DNA of 64,000 bases from positions 15,004,001-15,068,000 of the forward strand of contig CP075496.1 in the NCBI GenBank assembly GCA_021613535.1. Direction: 5' to 3'. The translations under genes and the position numbers were made by a program. Positions 25,861 to 39,868 of this stretch are shown here, piece after piece. The stretch is from Adineta vaga (lineage: Eukaryota > Animalia > Rotifera). Below the pieces are notes generated by a model that did not search any database, was not told the origin of the DNA, and saw nothing but the letters and a program-made list of their open reading frames with translations. The first letter of the stretch is position 1. Each line of letters opens with the position of its first letter.

Positions 25861-28800
25861 ATGACTTGGATAAAAATATTAATATTATTTTTCATCGTTA
25901 TTCTTGAACAATCAATCGGACAAAATATAAGATCATTTCAAATGCATATTATCAATGAACATCTATTTCAATGTATAACAACAACTTGTTTACCATATTC
26001 AAACAATATTGTATCAAATATTTTTCAGTGTCAAATTAATTGTTTATCAGACATACAATGTAGAGCTGCTAGTTTTCATCAATTCAATTCTACTTGTCAA
26101 TTGTTTAATAATACAACAGATAACTACAACAATTTGGAAATAGTTATTGGATCTGTTACTATGATAGTCATATCTAAAACACAAATAACGTCTGGTAAGT
26201 AGAAATTTAATATTTATTGAAAGTATGAAATAATGAATTTGTGTAAATTCAAGATTTGTCCTAATTATCTGCAAATACAAGTTTTGTTAATTTCCTATTT
26301 TTTATGAAAAACTCGAAGGATAACGAGAATAGAGTACGAAATTTAGATTGTAAAGTACTATGTATTATCATCTGAAATAGTGTTCTTTATTATAATTCCC
26401 TTTTCTGAAACAAAAGGATTATAAGCTCGTTAAAATGCTTAATGTTTGTTTGATTGTTCAAGCCAATCAGGAAAAAGCATTTCATCGAACGAGAAGAACT
26501 TACTTATATCCACACTAGTCGATGATCTTGCTTGTCGTCTTTCCAGATTCTTGTATTTGAGAATGATCATTAATACAGCTCGCAGTTACAATTATGTTTC
26601 TCCGATATTTTATTGAAATCTTTGCGCAGAAAGTATAATGAATTAAGAAAAATATTTATAAAAATATTAAGAAATTCTTCACGTGTACGCACTTTGAGAT
26701 AATTTTAACCGAGGAAGTCGATATAAATCTGAAGAAGAAAAACAAAAGCAGTTGTTAATTGAAATATTTACGTACTTTATTTTTAAGATGTTGTTAAGAA
26801 CTTAAAGACTAAAATAGAAAAAAATAAAAATGAACAATAAAGTACATGTAAACGATTTATATAGATATTCACATAGAGCATGACTCATTTTATCTCTCTC
26901 CTACAAATCTGCCTATAGGCTCGTTGAAAGAATCAATTCAAAAATGTCGATTAGTGCACTATGAAACGATTATCTTGAGCTAGTCGGGGTCGAGCAACAC
27001 TAATCTATAGTGTTAGTTTTTTTTTATAAAATAAATTCTGCTCCTGTTTTTGAGACAAAGGATCCTTTTTTTGCAAAAGTATTTCTTTTAAAAGGATTCA
27101 CTGAAGGCTAATCGACCATGTTGTATCTGTGTCTAGTATTCGAATGGTGGTTTGTTTTAGCGTTTGTTGTCAGTATTTATAATAGCGCATACTGGTAATG
27201 TCGCAAAAAGAGAACGGAAGAGAAACTATTTATTCGCCTTAATAAAGAACAGAAAAGCGATCGACATAATTGTGGTGCCACTTGAAACGGTTAGTCGCGA
27301 GTGGCCGATCGGAGGAAGACCAACGAACGACTAGACATTAATTTGAGAGATTTACAGCGAGTAAATTGATTAAAAGCAAAATGCTTTTGAAGAAGTGGGC
27401 AAGTGATTTAATTCAAGAGCTGATAAAATCTTTATTGTATCGTAAGGTTGGTCACCGATATGATCACATCCTTTGAGTAGAGGGACAGCAGCGTTGCGCT
27501 GCGTTACTTGTTATTTAAGAATAGATTAGCCATACCGTCTAAAGAAATAAGAGTCGACATTGTCAAGTAATAGCACGATTACTGGTTAGTATAGACTCTT
27601 CTCTGGAAGAACAAGAGTATTCTGTTATTTGTATTTCACAGATATCGATTGTTTTGTAGTAATATTTTCTTGAAAGGTCCACGAAATAACTCACAATTCT
27701 AAATGGTGGCGTCATATCATTCGCCACGTTTCTATGTGAGAATTCCTGCTTATTTGTATTCTGAATTTTAAGCGTAATAAATGATGCTTTCTCAATGGAC
27801 ATTGAGTGAAAATGACGAGAATGAGTCATATTATATATATGAGAGGTATAGCATTCTTATAGAGCATATATAGCTCAAAACTGTACATTTACTTGTCAGT
27901 TCTCTTATAGTTAAGAAACCTCTGACATCAAAACTATAATTCTAGACCCGTTTTTTTCCCCATAAAACTCATTATGAATTTTCTTTTAGAAAAGGGTCAG
28001 CGAATCCCTCGAATGAGAGCTGCTTGTGAATATTATTCAACTAGTTTTAAATTTTACGAATTATCTTAGATAGAAATAAACTGAACTTTCATAGAAACTC
28101 AATTTCAAATATAAATACCCATAAACTTCATTTTTATTTCTTTCACAAACTAAAGAATCAACCTCAACGTCAAGCTCTACGTCAATGCCAACCTCAACCT
28201 CCACATCAACATCAAGTACTAGCGCAACATCAACGTCAACAACAGCATCAACTTCAACATCGACAACAACAACAACAACAACAACAACAACAGAAGCTAA
28301 AGGTATGTCGTAGCCTAAAAAGCTGCTGTTTTGTATAAAATGAGGCTATGTCTCGATATGTGCAAATGACCATATCCATACTCACACCCAAGACGAATAT
28401 CTTTAACTTAAGAATACATTTTGTTTATTTATTCGTATTATTTAGTGTGGAGAACTGCAGGAAGTATGAATATTACACGAGGATATTGCACAAGATCGGT
28501 CTTAAAAAACGGAATAGTGTTGGTGGCAGGTGGACAGAATAGTAGTGCTTATCTAAAAAGTTCTGAATTGTATAATCCATCAACAAATATTTGGACAACA
28601 ACAGGAAACATGAATACTATACGAAAGGCTTATTTAATGTCCATTCTATCTGATGGAACAGTGTTAGCCGCAGGCGGATATGATGGCGTTAATTATGTCA
28701 ACAGTGCTGAACTGTATGATCCATCAACAGGTATTTGGACAACTACGGGAAGTATGAATGTAATACGAGGCTATTACACATCAAGCATCTTAGGAAATGG

Positions 28801-29440
28801 AAAAGTGTTAGTTGCAGGTGGATTTGATGGTTATGTTGTTCTGAACAGTGCTGAATTGTATGATCCATCAACAGGTAATTGGACTTCCATAGGTAATATG
28901 AGTACTCCACGAAGATTACCTGCATCATGCAGCTTAACAAATGAAACAGTGTTAGTGATTGGTGGATTTAGTGGCAGTGCTTTTCTAAATAGTGCTGAAT
29001 TGTATAATTCATCTACAGGTACTTGGACACCAACAGGAAATATGAACACTGTACGAGGAGTTCATACAGCATCGATCTTACCAAATGGTTTTGTGCTAAT
29101 TGCAGGTGGACGGGATAGCAGTGGTTATGTGAACAGTGCTGAATTATATAATCCATTAACTGGTATTTGGAATACAACAGGTAGTATGAATTATGCACGA
29201 GGATTTCACACAGCGTCCAACCTACCAAATGGAATGGTGCTCGTTACAGGTGGAATTAATGGCCCTTCTTATCTGGACACTGCCGAATTATATGATCCAT
29301 CGAAAGGTACTTGGACAGTAATAGCAAATATGAATACTTCACGAGCATATAGTGTGGCATCCGTCTTAGCTAATGGCACTTTACTAGTCGCAGGTGGGCA
29401 AAATAGTGGTGGTTATCTCAATAGTGCTGAGTTATATTAA
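25861..29440 (+). CDS. Secreted PAN/Apple + Thr-rich linker + Kelch beta-propeller protein (3 exons)
   Basis: Exon 1 (about 25861-26194) has signal + PAN; exon 2 (about 28155-28302) is a Ser/Thr run; exon 3 (about 28446-29440) has about 7 Kelch repeats. Joining is inferred from splice sites and from the paralog at 2633-4456. Confidence 0.75.
28341..28392. repeat. Degenerate junction motif (copy 7) inside an intron
   Basis: TGAGGCTATG ... CCATATCCATACTCACACCCAAG. Confidence 0.5.
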
Positions 29441-29717
29441 TAAACACTCTAATGAAAAACATTTTCTTTTAAAAACTAAATTATCAAATAAAATATTGTA
29501 TTCATATGATTTATTTATCACTGCTTCTAACTCTTCAATTATTAATAAATAATATTCGATCACTTTTAAAAAAAACTTGAGATTTCCTCCAAATCAACAT
29601 AATAGATTTTCGATTTTGCTCGATGACTTTCTCTGTATTTAATTATGAACATAGCGCCTGTTTATATATCTAAAAAACTTTTTTTAACTTTACATTAACG
29701 TTATTTTTTACAAGAGA

Positions 29718-29752
29718 TCCACACCCTGACTTTGAGTAATAGTCACATCCTA
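29718..29752. repeat. Degenerate junction motif (copy 8)
   Basis: TCCACACCCTGA ... TCACATCCTA. Confidence 0.45.
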
Positions 29753-31135
29753 AAATACCTTTTGAATTGGAAATATATTAAATCATTGCAAAAGAAACAT
29801 CGCAATAGCTAACATTGTCAGAATGTTTTTTATTTGTTCTGTAAGCAAACTAAGTGATTCTTGATGAAATTAGAAAATAATCGATGTTCTATACTCATTC
29901 GTTGTTCTATTTGTTTTTGATCAAAAACGTTAAATTATGACTCACAAATTTGAAAAGTTTCATATAAATATCATAATGAAATGAAAATATTTGTATAGTA
30001 TAGCGTCAGATGATTGAAAGTTGTTCGAATCTTCCCTATTAGAGAATACATCCTATTCCATTATGTTGTACATTATAGGAATTACGCACATCTAATTCGA
30101 TATACTTCGCTTGCTTTAACGATGACAATAAAGCTTGAAATGATCTACAGATCTCACATATTCTTACATTTTATATAGATGATAATATGAATCGTCAATT
30201 CTATAATAAAAATGGCTACAGTCGAAGAACAACTACATTTATCAATGACGGGAACTAGTGATTTTTATATAATGCAAGTGTTGTTAATCTTTTACTAAGA
30301 TTTAGTATTTTAGGTTCGATTAAAAATAACCATCCACAATATACTTATATCGGCTGTGTATATCGCGGTTTGAAAATAGTATAATAAAGAATAAGTACTT
30401 CTTATGTCTTTAAGAACATTTTGAATTTTTGTTATTAAATTCGATAAAAATCAAATATTATATGATATTATTTTTCAAGATTATGATTTTGTTGAAAAGT
30501 ATTTGAAATTTCATTTCGAAATAATAAGAATATTCTAAATAAAATATTGAACATTGTAAAATAGTAAAAAAATCGATTAATATATTTGAAAAGGAAGATT
30601 TTCTTTACGAAAATATTTTCTCTTAACTATTTTATATGATATTTTGAGAATAATATTCTTATTTCTAAATTCTGAATACTTATCATTAAACATCTATTTC
30701 ATAATATTCCCAAAAGTCACTGTTATTTTACATGAAAATCTATATTTGTTCTTCTAAGTAACATGTCATAAAAAAATAATTCATTTTAATTAATATAAAT
30801 TAATATAAACAAATAAATAAATAATAACTTTAATGATATTTTATTAAAACTTTTCAACACAATCTTTTCATAAAAACAAAACTAAATAGAATTTTTAAAG
30901 AAAAATATTCTCTTGATTAATTAATAATTCTAACAAAAAAAAATGATTAATTTTGTTTGTATTGACATTGATAGATCATAAAAGTGTATTATGAGTATGA
31001 CACTACACACATTGATATTCTCAAAGGAAATGATCTTATTTGACATGTTAAAGAGAAAAAGAACAGAAAATGAGAAATATTAGATAAAAAGAACATCATT
31101 ATTCTCTTTCATTTTCATAAATTAATTTTTTCATT

Positions 31136-33164
31136 ATGTCAATCGCATTAGTTGTACGTGAAAATAAAAAACTTCTTTTGGAAAAACTTTCTGTAAGTTT
31201 CAAATTTCTTTGTTACTTTTTTTTTTCGTCTATTATCAACAATAATGAATATTTCTAGTTACCTGAATATGGACCAAAAGATCTTTTAATAAAAGTAACT
31301 CATACAGCACAAAATCCAACTGATTGGAAACATGTTCATTTTGGTTTAGCAAAACCAGGATCAATTGTTGGATGTGATTTTGTTGGAAAAATTGTTAAAA
31401 TAGGAAAAGAAGCTGTTGGTATGTTTAAGGAAAATCTTTCTATTCTTTTATTTTATTCATCAGACTATTTTTCAAGTTTCAAAAAAAAAAGAAAAGAAAT
31501 TCTTTTGTGAGGATAAGGTTTAAGTCGAAAACATTTTGTTAGATTATTCCATTGAAGACAAGACATTATTCTATTACATAAACTATAAATTTCGTTACAT
31601 ATATAATTATATTTTCGAATTAAATTACTTTTAAATAAAAAAATTAGAATTCAAAGACTCATTGATAGTTTTTATCAAATTTATAGATTTATTCTTAACA
31701 ACAACAATATATTTTCAACTTCAAAAATATAAGGAAATGTGAGTTTCATATTTTAGTCTCAAAGAGAAGTTACGTTGACAAACGTTTTTAATTATATCTT
31801 TGATATATCAAGGAAATTATTATCTTAATCATTTCCTTTCGTTAATATTTCCGATTGTTTATCAACAATGATTATTAATAATGAAAAGATATTATATTTA
31901 TAAATTTTATGTTTTCAATTGAAATCTAAAAATATTGAGAGTGTCTATGAAGTTTTTTTTAAACCTTGAGAACATGAAAAGCTTTGAGAAGATTTTCTTG
32001 TAAATATGTGTTTATAATTATCAAGATTATGAAGAATATTTTAATAGAGAATGCATTTGAAAAGATGTTTTTAGTGTACTCAAAAAGTGAGTACACTACT
32101 TGTAATCGATCTGTTTGTCCGTTTATACGATAACTCTTCACAACTATACATTCGATTGAGATGAAACTTTGTGCACGTATAATTGTCTCATCAATATCTC
32201 GGTCGAGAAATGGCTGATGAGTTATTGAAAAAGGAAAAAGATTTGAGTGAATTTTATGAAATACTTAATTTATTATTTTATAGGTAATTATAAAAAAGGT
32301 GAATATGTTGCTGGTTGTGTTCATGGTGGTCTTGATCCTGAAATGAATATTCGTGGTGCATTTTCTGAATATGTTGTACAACAAGCATCACTTGTTTTTC
32401 ATTATCCTGAAACAATTTTACCCGAAGCAATTGTAACACTTCCACTTGTATCAATAACAGCAGCACTTGGAATATTTCATGAAATGGGTTTACCATTTCC
32501 ACCATCTCAAATAAAAATTAATTTTCTTGTTTGGGCAGGAAGTACAAGTGTTGGACAATGTGTTATACAATTAGCTAAATCAATTGGTTGTTATGTTATA
32601 ACAACAGCATCACCACAACGTCATGATTATTTAAAAGGACTTGGTGCTGATATTTGTTTTGATTATAAAGATCCAAATGTTGTTTCATTAATAAAACAAT
32701 CAACACATGGTGATTTAGCATATGCATTTGATTGTTTTTCAGAAATTGAATCAACAAAACAAGTTTGTGCAACATTAACTGCACAAAATTCACAATTAGT
32801 TACTGTTTTACCATTTATTAAAACTGAATTACCATCACATATAAAAGAACATCGTATTTTAATGTATACAATATTTGGTATTGAAAGAAATCTTTTTGGA
32901 CAATTATATCCTCAAAAATCAAAAGATAAAGAATTTGCAGAAAAATTTTATAAATTATTAACAAATTATTTCTTACCAAATGGATTATTAAAACCAAATC
33001 GTGTTACAAAAATACCTGGAGGATTAAATGGTATTAAAGAAGGTTTTCAAAGAATGATGGAAAATAAAGTTGCTGCAGAAAAATTAGTTTATACTTTAAA
33101 TGAAACTGATCATTCATCTTTATCTAAATATTCTTGGATTTGTTGTAAAAAATTATGTTATTAA
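31136..33164 (+). CDS. Zinc-independent MDR enoyl reductase (LovC/ToxD-like), 3 exons
   Basis: AQNPTDWKH, GCDFVG, GAFSEY, LVWAGSTSVGQ, TTASP, LGADICFDYKD, GGLNGI..G, KLVY. Confidence 0.85.
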
Positions 33165-33200
33165 TCATCATTCATCTTTTTTTTAAGAACATTTAATCGA

Positions 33201-33261
33201 TAGGGTGTGATTAACACTGGTTTTTACTGTATATCATCACTCACATCCACACACACCCGTC
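33201..33261. repeat. Telomere-like hairpin junction motif (copy 9)
   Basis: TAGGGTGTGA ... CACTCACATCCACACACACCCGTC, about 36 nt after the reductase stop codon. Confidence 0.75.
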
Positions 33262-33607
33262 ATTCGAACCCTTCTTAATATTAACTTTTAATTCGTTAAA
33301 TTATTCATTCTGTATAATCATAGAAGATTCCAATACATACGCAAATAGAGATAACAAATAATGCAATATCATTTTGATTTGAAGAAGAAAAAAAACGTTT
33401 GTTTCTTTCGTTTTTTAAAACGCAAAATGCTTTTTTATCTTTACATCGTCATGATTAACTTACAATAGATTTTTATTCCAATGAAGTGAATATATCTGGT
33501 AATTCTATGTTACTTGTACCTTAAGTTGAAAATTTTGTGCTTTAATGTTCGATTTTATTTGAATGATAATAGAAATTCAAACAAAGTTAATTAAAAAAAT
33601 AAATCAT

Positions 33608-34864
33608 TTATTGAATTCTTTCAAATTTTTGTATACGTTGATTATATGTATCTGTAACATATAAATTCATGTCTGCATCCAAAGCTACATCACGAGGAAA
33701 ATATAATTCATTAGCTCCCGATCCTGTTTGACCAGTACCAGCAATTGTAATACCAAATACAGAATCTGGACAAAACATTTGAATTCGATTATTTTGACAA
33801 TCAGTAACATATAAATTACGATATTTATCAAGAGTAATACCTTGTGGACTTTGTAATTGTACTGAAGTACTTCCTGGTCTACCAGGAATACCAGCATAAA
33901 TATTTTTTTCTCCATAACTATCTCGATTCCATTGTATAACTGTATGAGCTTCTTCATTTGAAATATAGAAAATATCTTGTGGTTCATCATAATATAAACC
34001 AATTGGTCCATCTAATTGTGTTGGACTAAGACCACCACCACGACCACCCTAAAAAGATAATTTCAAAAGAATGAAAATATGAGAGAATCAAAAATCAAAT
34101 TCTTACAGCTACAATAGTTCCAGTAGTTGTTTTTGGATCATATGTTGGTGGCCATTGTGTTATACGTTGATTTTGAAAATCAACAGCAAGTATATTTTTC
34201 TTTGAATCGAGTATAACATTACTTGGATAACTAAATTCATTCAATGCATTACCACGTGTTCCATTTCCTGCAACTGTACTTCCACTTTTAGCATCTTTTG
34301 TCCATAATTGAATTCGTTGATTACTCCAATCAGCAATATAAACATTTTCATTTTCATCTGCATAAACACCTTTTGGACCACTCAATTTGTCCGGTGTTGC
34401 TCCACCACTATGATCTGCTTGACCAGCAGCTACTTGAATTTTTCCATTTGGATAACGTTTAAGTACATAATTATTACTCATATCAGTAACATATAAGATT
34501 TGTGTTTTAGGTTCAATAAATAAACCACTAGGAAAATTTAACATATCTTTTCCCATTATTGTTATTCCATTTGAATTCCATTTCAGATTACCTGGACCTA
34601 ATTAAAAAGATTTCATCTTGAAATATTATCATAATTTCATAGAAACTTACAATCGCTTGAGTCTTTGTATACAGTTCCACCTAAAATTTAGGAAAAAAAA
34701 CGAAAAATTAATTCATTAAAATCATAAAATTATTTATTATTATTCAATTACCATTACTTATTGTGATAATTCTAAAAAGAAGTTAAATTATATATATATA
34801 TAATTGTAGTAAGAGAAAATTTCAATACTTACGCAAAGAAACATAATAAATAATCCAATATCAT
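33608..34864 (-). CDS. Secreted NHL-repeat protein (multi-exon)
   Basis: YIADWSNQRIQ, TVAGNGTRG, YVTDTYNQRIQKF; short 5' exons with GT-AG introns. Confidence 0.85.
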
Positions 34865-35108
34865 TTTGATTGTTGTTGTGAAAGATAGAAAAAATATGAC
34901 AAATGTATCTGTTTCTCACATTCTTTTAAACTCTGAATATATACGTACTTTATCTTTGCATTATCATTCTATATTTTTATATTCAACAATGACGAATGAA
35001 AAACAAGATTGTGAGAAAATACAAAATATTTTTACATTAAATGTCTGTCATGAAGAATATACAGATTCAGAATTAAAATAACATTATATATCCAATAAGT
35101 TTAACAAT

Positions 35109-35156
35109 CTTGAGGATGTGGGTAAAGAGTATGGCGTGACTCACATCCACATCCTT
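35109..35156. repeat. Telomere-like hairpin junction motif (copy 10)
   Basis: CTTGAGGATGTGGGT-aaagagtatggcgtg-ACTCACATCCACATCCTT. Confidence 0.85.
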
Positions 35157-35431
35157 TGTTTATAATGTATAAGTCGTGACTAAATTTAATATTTTGTCAT
35201 AAGCCTTATGTTCAGCACAAGCATTAAGTGATCGAGACATGATTAATTTGTACGTGTGGATTGTTTTGTTCAAGTTTTTGATGTTTCATTTGTATCGGTC
35301 AATCTCCTATTATAACCAGTAGATTGATTTCCATCTTTATCAATCATTGTAACAGAAATATGTTCATTGACGTTTGCGTTCGGACGAGGATTTTTCATAG
35401 ATTTTCGCTGCAGCATAACCAGTTATGTCAT

Positions 35432-36658
35432 CCCAGGTCGAACAATCCGGCGCGGAACTGGCCGGATCCAGAACATTCCGCCTATTACATGGAAGCAGGA
35501 TTCCAGGCCGGAATCTTTCGGACCAAATCCGTTGATTTCCGTTCATATCCGCACGTAAAATCTCGGAAACTGACGGAAAAAAACCGAAACATTCCGACCA
35601 GGAACCGCATATGTGGCATCCCATAGGAAACCAATAGATCCTACAGGAACATTCTGACGGTCGGAAACCCAAATTTTCCGTGATATTACCGCTTCTTTCC
35701 TTCCTCGTCGCATTCCTTCACCAATACCGCGTAACCCCCAAACGTGTAGTTTAATTCATCCATCACCTTCAACAAACCTGCATGCCCAAACAACACCGCC
35801 TAAGACTGGCCTCTCGTCTGGATTTTAGAGCCGACTAACATCGGATTCTTAATCCAATCGTGGACACACGAAAAACAACCCTGGTGATTCGTCTGTTCGT
35901 TATATTTTGAGCCGATTTTAATCCTCTCAAAAATCCTATCACGAACTGACCAAAATAAGTTTTGAGAATTTTTCCAAAGTCATTCGTATATGGGAAGATG
36001 GAGTTGAGATATGATCTCATACAGTTTTGGACTATTTCAATAGTCAAAATAGGTTAATAAGGTGATATTAGTTGGACAAATAGAGAGGTATGATTTATTT
36101 CGTATTATAATAATATTATGATATAATTTTTTTAGAAGATATATTATTCATGAATTAGCGTGATGTGGGTAAGTCATGATTTTTTATGCGTTATATTTGA
36201 ATAGTCTTCTTGTCTTTTATGTTGTAGGGTGTTATTTAGAACTTCACGGAAAGTATTTCGTTAGGTAAGTGCGTAGATGTTGCTGATTTTGATTGTTAAC
36301 TTTGTTAACTGATGTTTGGATTTTATTTAGGTACATCGTCTCTCGATCTGTGAATTTTGTTTTAGTAAGTTAAAATTATATTGTGATTTACTCCGGCTTT
36401 TGTCGTAGGGGAATAATTTTTATGAAGTTTCGATCGGTCGGTTCCGGCTGGTTCCATTGAGAACCGTGTCCATGGCTTTACCCGGAATGAGACGGTTCCA
36501 GTTCCGAGAAATTCCGGTCTGGAATACTGCTTCCATTTTCCGGTCCTTTTCCTTTCGGCTCCTTTGGGATCTGGTCGGAACTGGACGGAATGAGGCAGAA
36601 AAGAGGTGCTTTCCTGCGGGTTCCGATCGGTTCCGGAGGCCGGAACGTTTGTCCTGGG
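35432..36658. mobile_element. Non-autonomous CCCAGG...CCTGGG element (CMC/EnSpm-like)
   Basis: CCCAGGTCGAACAATCCGG ... CCGGAACGTTTGTCCTGGG; AT on both flanks; CCGGAA-rich subterminal arrays. Confidence 0.75.
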
Positions 36659-37305
36659 ATGTTTCCAACACAATTACCAAACGTATTCAATGTATCTTTA
36701 GCACTCTCTGAATCCCCTGTAACTATACTTCGATGACAAGACGAGTTGGCGTAAAAAGAAGATTCGTTTTCGAGAACATACCCATTATTCTCTCCGCTTC
36801 CTTTGTGTCACCACATAATGCTTCGAATCCTTCTTTTACAGGAGCAAACAACATTGTCATCATCTTGAGATAGTTTTCTTGAAAAATAATTTAGTTATTA
36901 TTATCATATAGAATGACAAAGGTCGCGTCTCTCTCTCTATATATATGTGATATCTCTTGCCGTTTTTCCAACATAAAATTCTGTTTCGTTTGGGTATATT
37001 GTGTAATAATATATTGAAACAAAAATGAAAAAAAGATATACTACCTAATACAAATGAATTTCTTTTGATTATATTCGAAATATCGATATTCTTTTAGAAG
37101 AAACTATATATCTTTTAATAGTTATTCACATCTAATGACCTTAAAAAACATTTGGCTTGTTCGCATCTGATCGTGTGCTCGTAACCATTGTTTAATAAGT
37201 TAATCATAAGTCAGAATATAGTTGATACATATCTTCATTCGACACAAAATATCAAGAAGAAATATCATTTCTATATTTATAAATCAAAAAGAAACAAAAA
37301 GTAGA

Positions 37306-37393
37306 CAAGGATGTAGGTGTAGTTGGGTAGGTATAAGTATTCTGTTAGTTCTTAACTACACCTATCCATATCTTCACTCACACCGTTCACAAG
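37306..37393. repeat. Telomere-like hairpin junction motif (copy 11)
   Basis: CAAGGATGTAGGTGTAGTTGGGT ... ACACCTATCCATATCTTCACTCACACCGTTCACAAG. Confidence 0.7.
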
Positions 37394-39548
37394 AACTTTC
37401 TTGGAATTCGACTGAAGATATTTCATTATATGAATTTGTTAAAATTTGATGATGTTGAACAATCATATCTAAAATTTCATTTTTATTATTTAGATTTTTT
37501 TTAATATATCATTGTTGAATAAATCGACTGAACGGCATAATTATTACGTTAAAGAGTACAACAGATAATCCAAATAGTTCAAGATAAGACACTATAAAAT
37601 AGAATTGAAAAATATTCTTTATATTTGAAATTGTTGCTCACAAATTTTGGACCTAATAAACAAATTCTTAGACCACCAATAAAATATAGACCTATTAAAT
37701 TAAATTGTAAATTAATTCGATGTTGAGGTAAATGAGTAGAAAGAGATAAAATAAAATAATCATCATCAAACGAACAATTGAATTCTGTAAATGATTTATG
37801 TCGATCTCTATCCATATTCTGTTGCATTGTGATATTATCACAAAAAAATCCTGTACTAACAAATTCAACATTGAGAGTAATGGGTTGTTCATCTAACATG
37901 ATAAATTTCATGATTGATCAAATCAAATTGTTTAAAGATCTTTTTTAATAATGTTCGATTTGATTTTTGTTTTGGAAAACAATGTAAAATACTAAGAATT
38001 ATAATGAAAATTAATCCTAAACCAATAGCAATCGATGTCCAGAATAAAGGTGAATATAAAAGACATTTAAAATTCAATTTAAAAATCTTATCCAATAAAA
38101 CATCATCGAATTGTATTGATTCAGATGATTCAGAATATGAATTGATTTGATCAGAATCAGATATATGAATTTTATTAATTTCTTTCACAACTGATCGAAC
38201 ACAAAACGAATCATTAATTGAACATTGATTACATTCAATACGTGATCCATTATTTTTAGTATTTGATGGACAAATAAAACAAGGACTAAAATGTGTTGTA
38301 TTTCGTGAAGTACCTGTTATACATGGTCGAGACAAATATATTCCTAAACTGATTGAATCATCTATATGTGTACTACAATAAACCGATGGACTTGCTGGAA
38401 CAATAAAAGCTTCACCATATGATTGACAATAAAACCAAAATGATTATTCCAAGCAACTAGACGAACTATATGATCAAGTCGTTCATTCAGTTTTGGAATA
38501 AATTGTTGATTATTCGGAAAGATAAAGATAGGATATTTACTAGTTGAAGATGAATTATCGATTGAATAGATCTTTAATAAAACAAAATAAAAAGTGAAAT
38601 ATAGTTTTACTCAAATTTTATCCTTTTCCTACCTGAACTTGAGATTTGGTCCATGGCAAAGTTGGTAGAAAGTGAGCAAGTACACCAAACATTCGATCAT
38701 TGAATACAACCACTGATTGACCAAATAAAACTCCAGTTTGTGATGAAATATATTCTGTTACAACGACTGGTTGATAAAGTCTATTGAGAGATACGATAAT
38801 AACTTTATACAAATAGGGAATACCGATGACAATTATTCGCGTTTTTTCATGAGCTGAAATGGACATATGTGTACTTTTGGCTGAAAATTGATCAAATTTT
38901 GAATTTGATAACCGTATGGATGCAAGTTTTGTTCCATTATTTATTGTAAATACGAATAAGTTTGAAGTATCATACCAGCGAACAGTCAAAAGTGCAATAT
39001 ATTCGTCAATAATATAGTCATATCTGTAGGAGAAACATAACGATAACCATCCCATATTTTTGTATGATTGATTTTTAAGATAGATTTTGTTGAAATATCA
39101 TAACGATAAGTATACTGTAATGAAAATGCATATGCCGAATTGCCAGAAAAAATCATATTCGTCTGAAAAGTTAAATTCAAATTAATCGTTACACTTTCAT
39201 TGATCTGCATAAAATCACGACTATCTGCTTGTAAAATAATCACACCTAATCGCCATGTTTCATCAAAAATTGTACTACCACTATTACCAAGAATAGCTAA
39301 ACTATTGATATTGATAATATTGGAATAATTAAGTTGTACATATCGTAGAATAATCAGAGATATTAGGAGAATTTTCTTATTTGATTATCTGCGAATATAA
39401 CTATAGAATCACTAATTGCTAAATGTGATCCGAAAGTAACAGATATTGTAGTATCATCTATATTGAAATTCTGTTTTCGTGCAAATTGAATAGAATTTAT
39501 ATTAATATATAAATTCGAAATGAAAATATAGAACAGTAAAAGTAACAT
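37374..39548 (-). pseudogene. Membrane protein with Cys-rich (GCC2/ephrin-receptor-like) repeat; frameshifted and 3'-truncated
   Basis: Signal peptide, PCITGTSRNTTHFSPCFICPSNTKN, TM segment SPLFWTSIAIGLGLIFIIIL; several frameshifts; last frame stops inside junction motif 11. Confidence 0.65.
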
Positions 39549-39868
39549 AACTCAACTTGATTTATGATTATAAAAAATATCAAAAGAATATTGTCAATAT
39601 TATTATTTTTCAGAGAGTAAACATATCAAATAACATTTGTTCATAATCAATATAAGTATTTTTGTAAATATATTTTGATTTTCATATAATCATAAAGATA
39701 TATGAGAGATTGACAATTTTTAATATTTATTAGTTTGATAAAATAATAAGATAAAAAGAAATACAATATAAGTTATAATATTATCATTAAATATGAAAGA
39801 ATGAGTAAAAGCAAACAGAATATACTCATACCTTTAATAATTAAAATATTGAATTAGAATTTTTTATT

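Noticed and set aside
35324-36711. Overlapping short ORFs on both strands
   Set aside because: Located in stop-poor repeats of the CCCAGG element.
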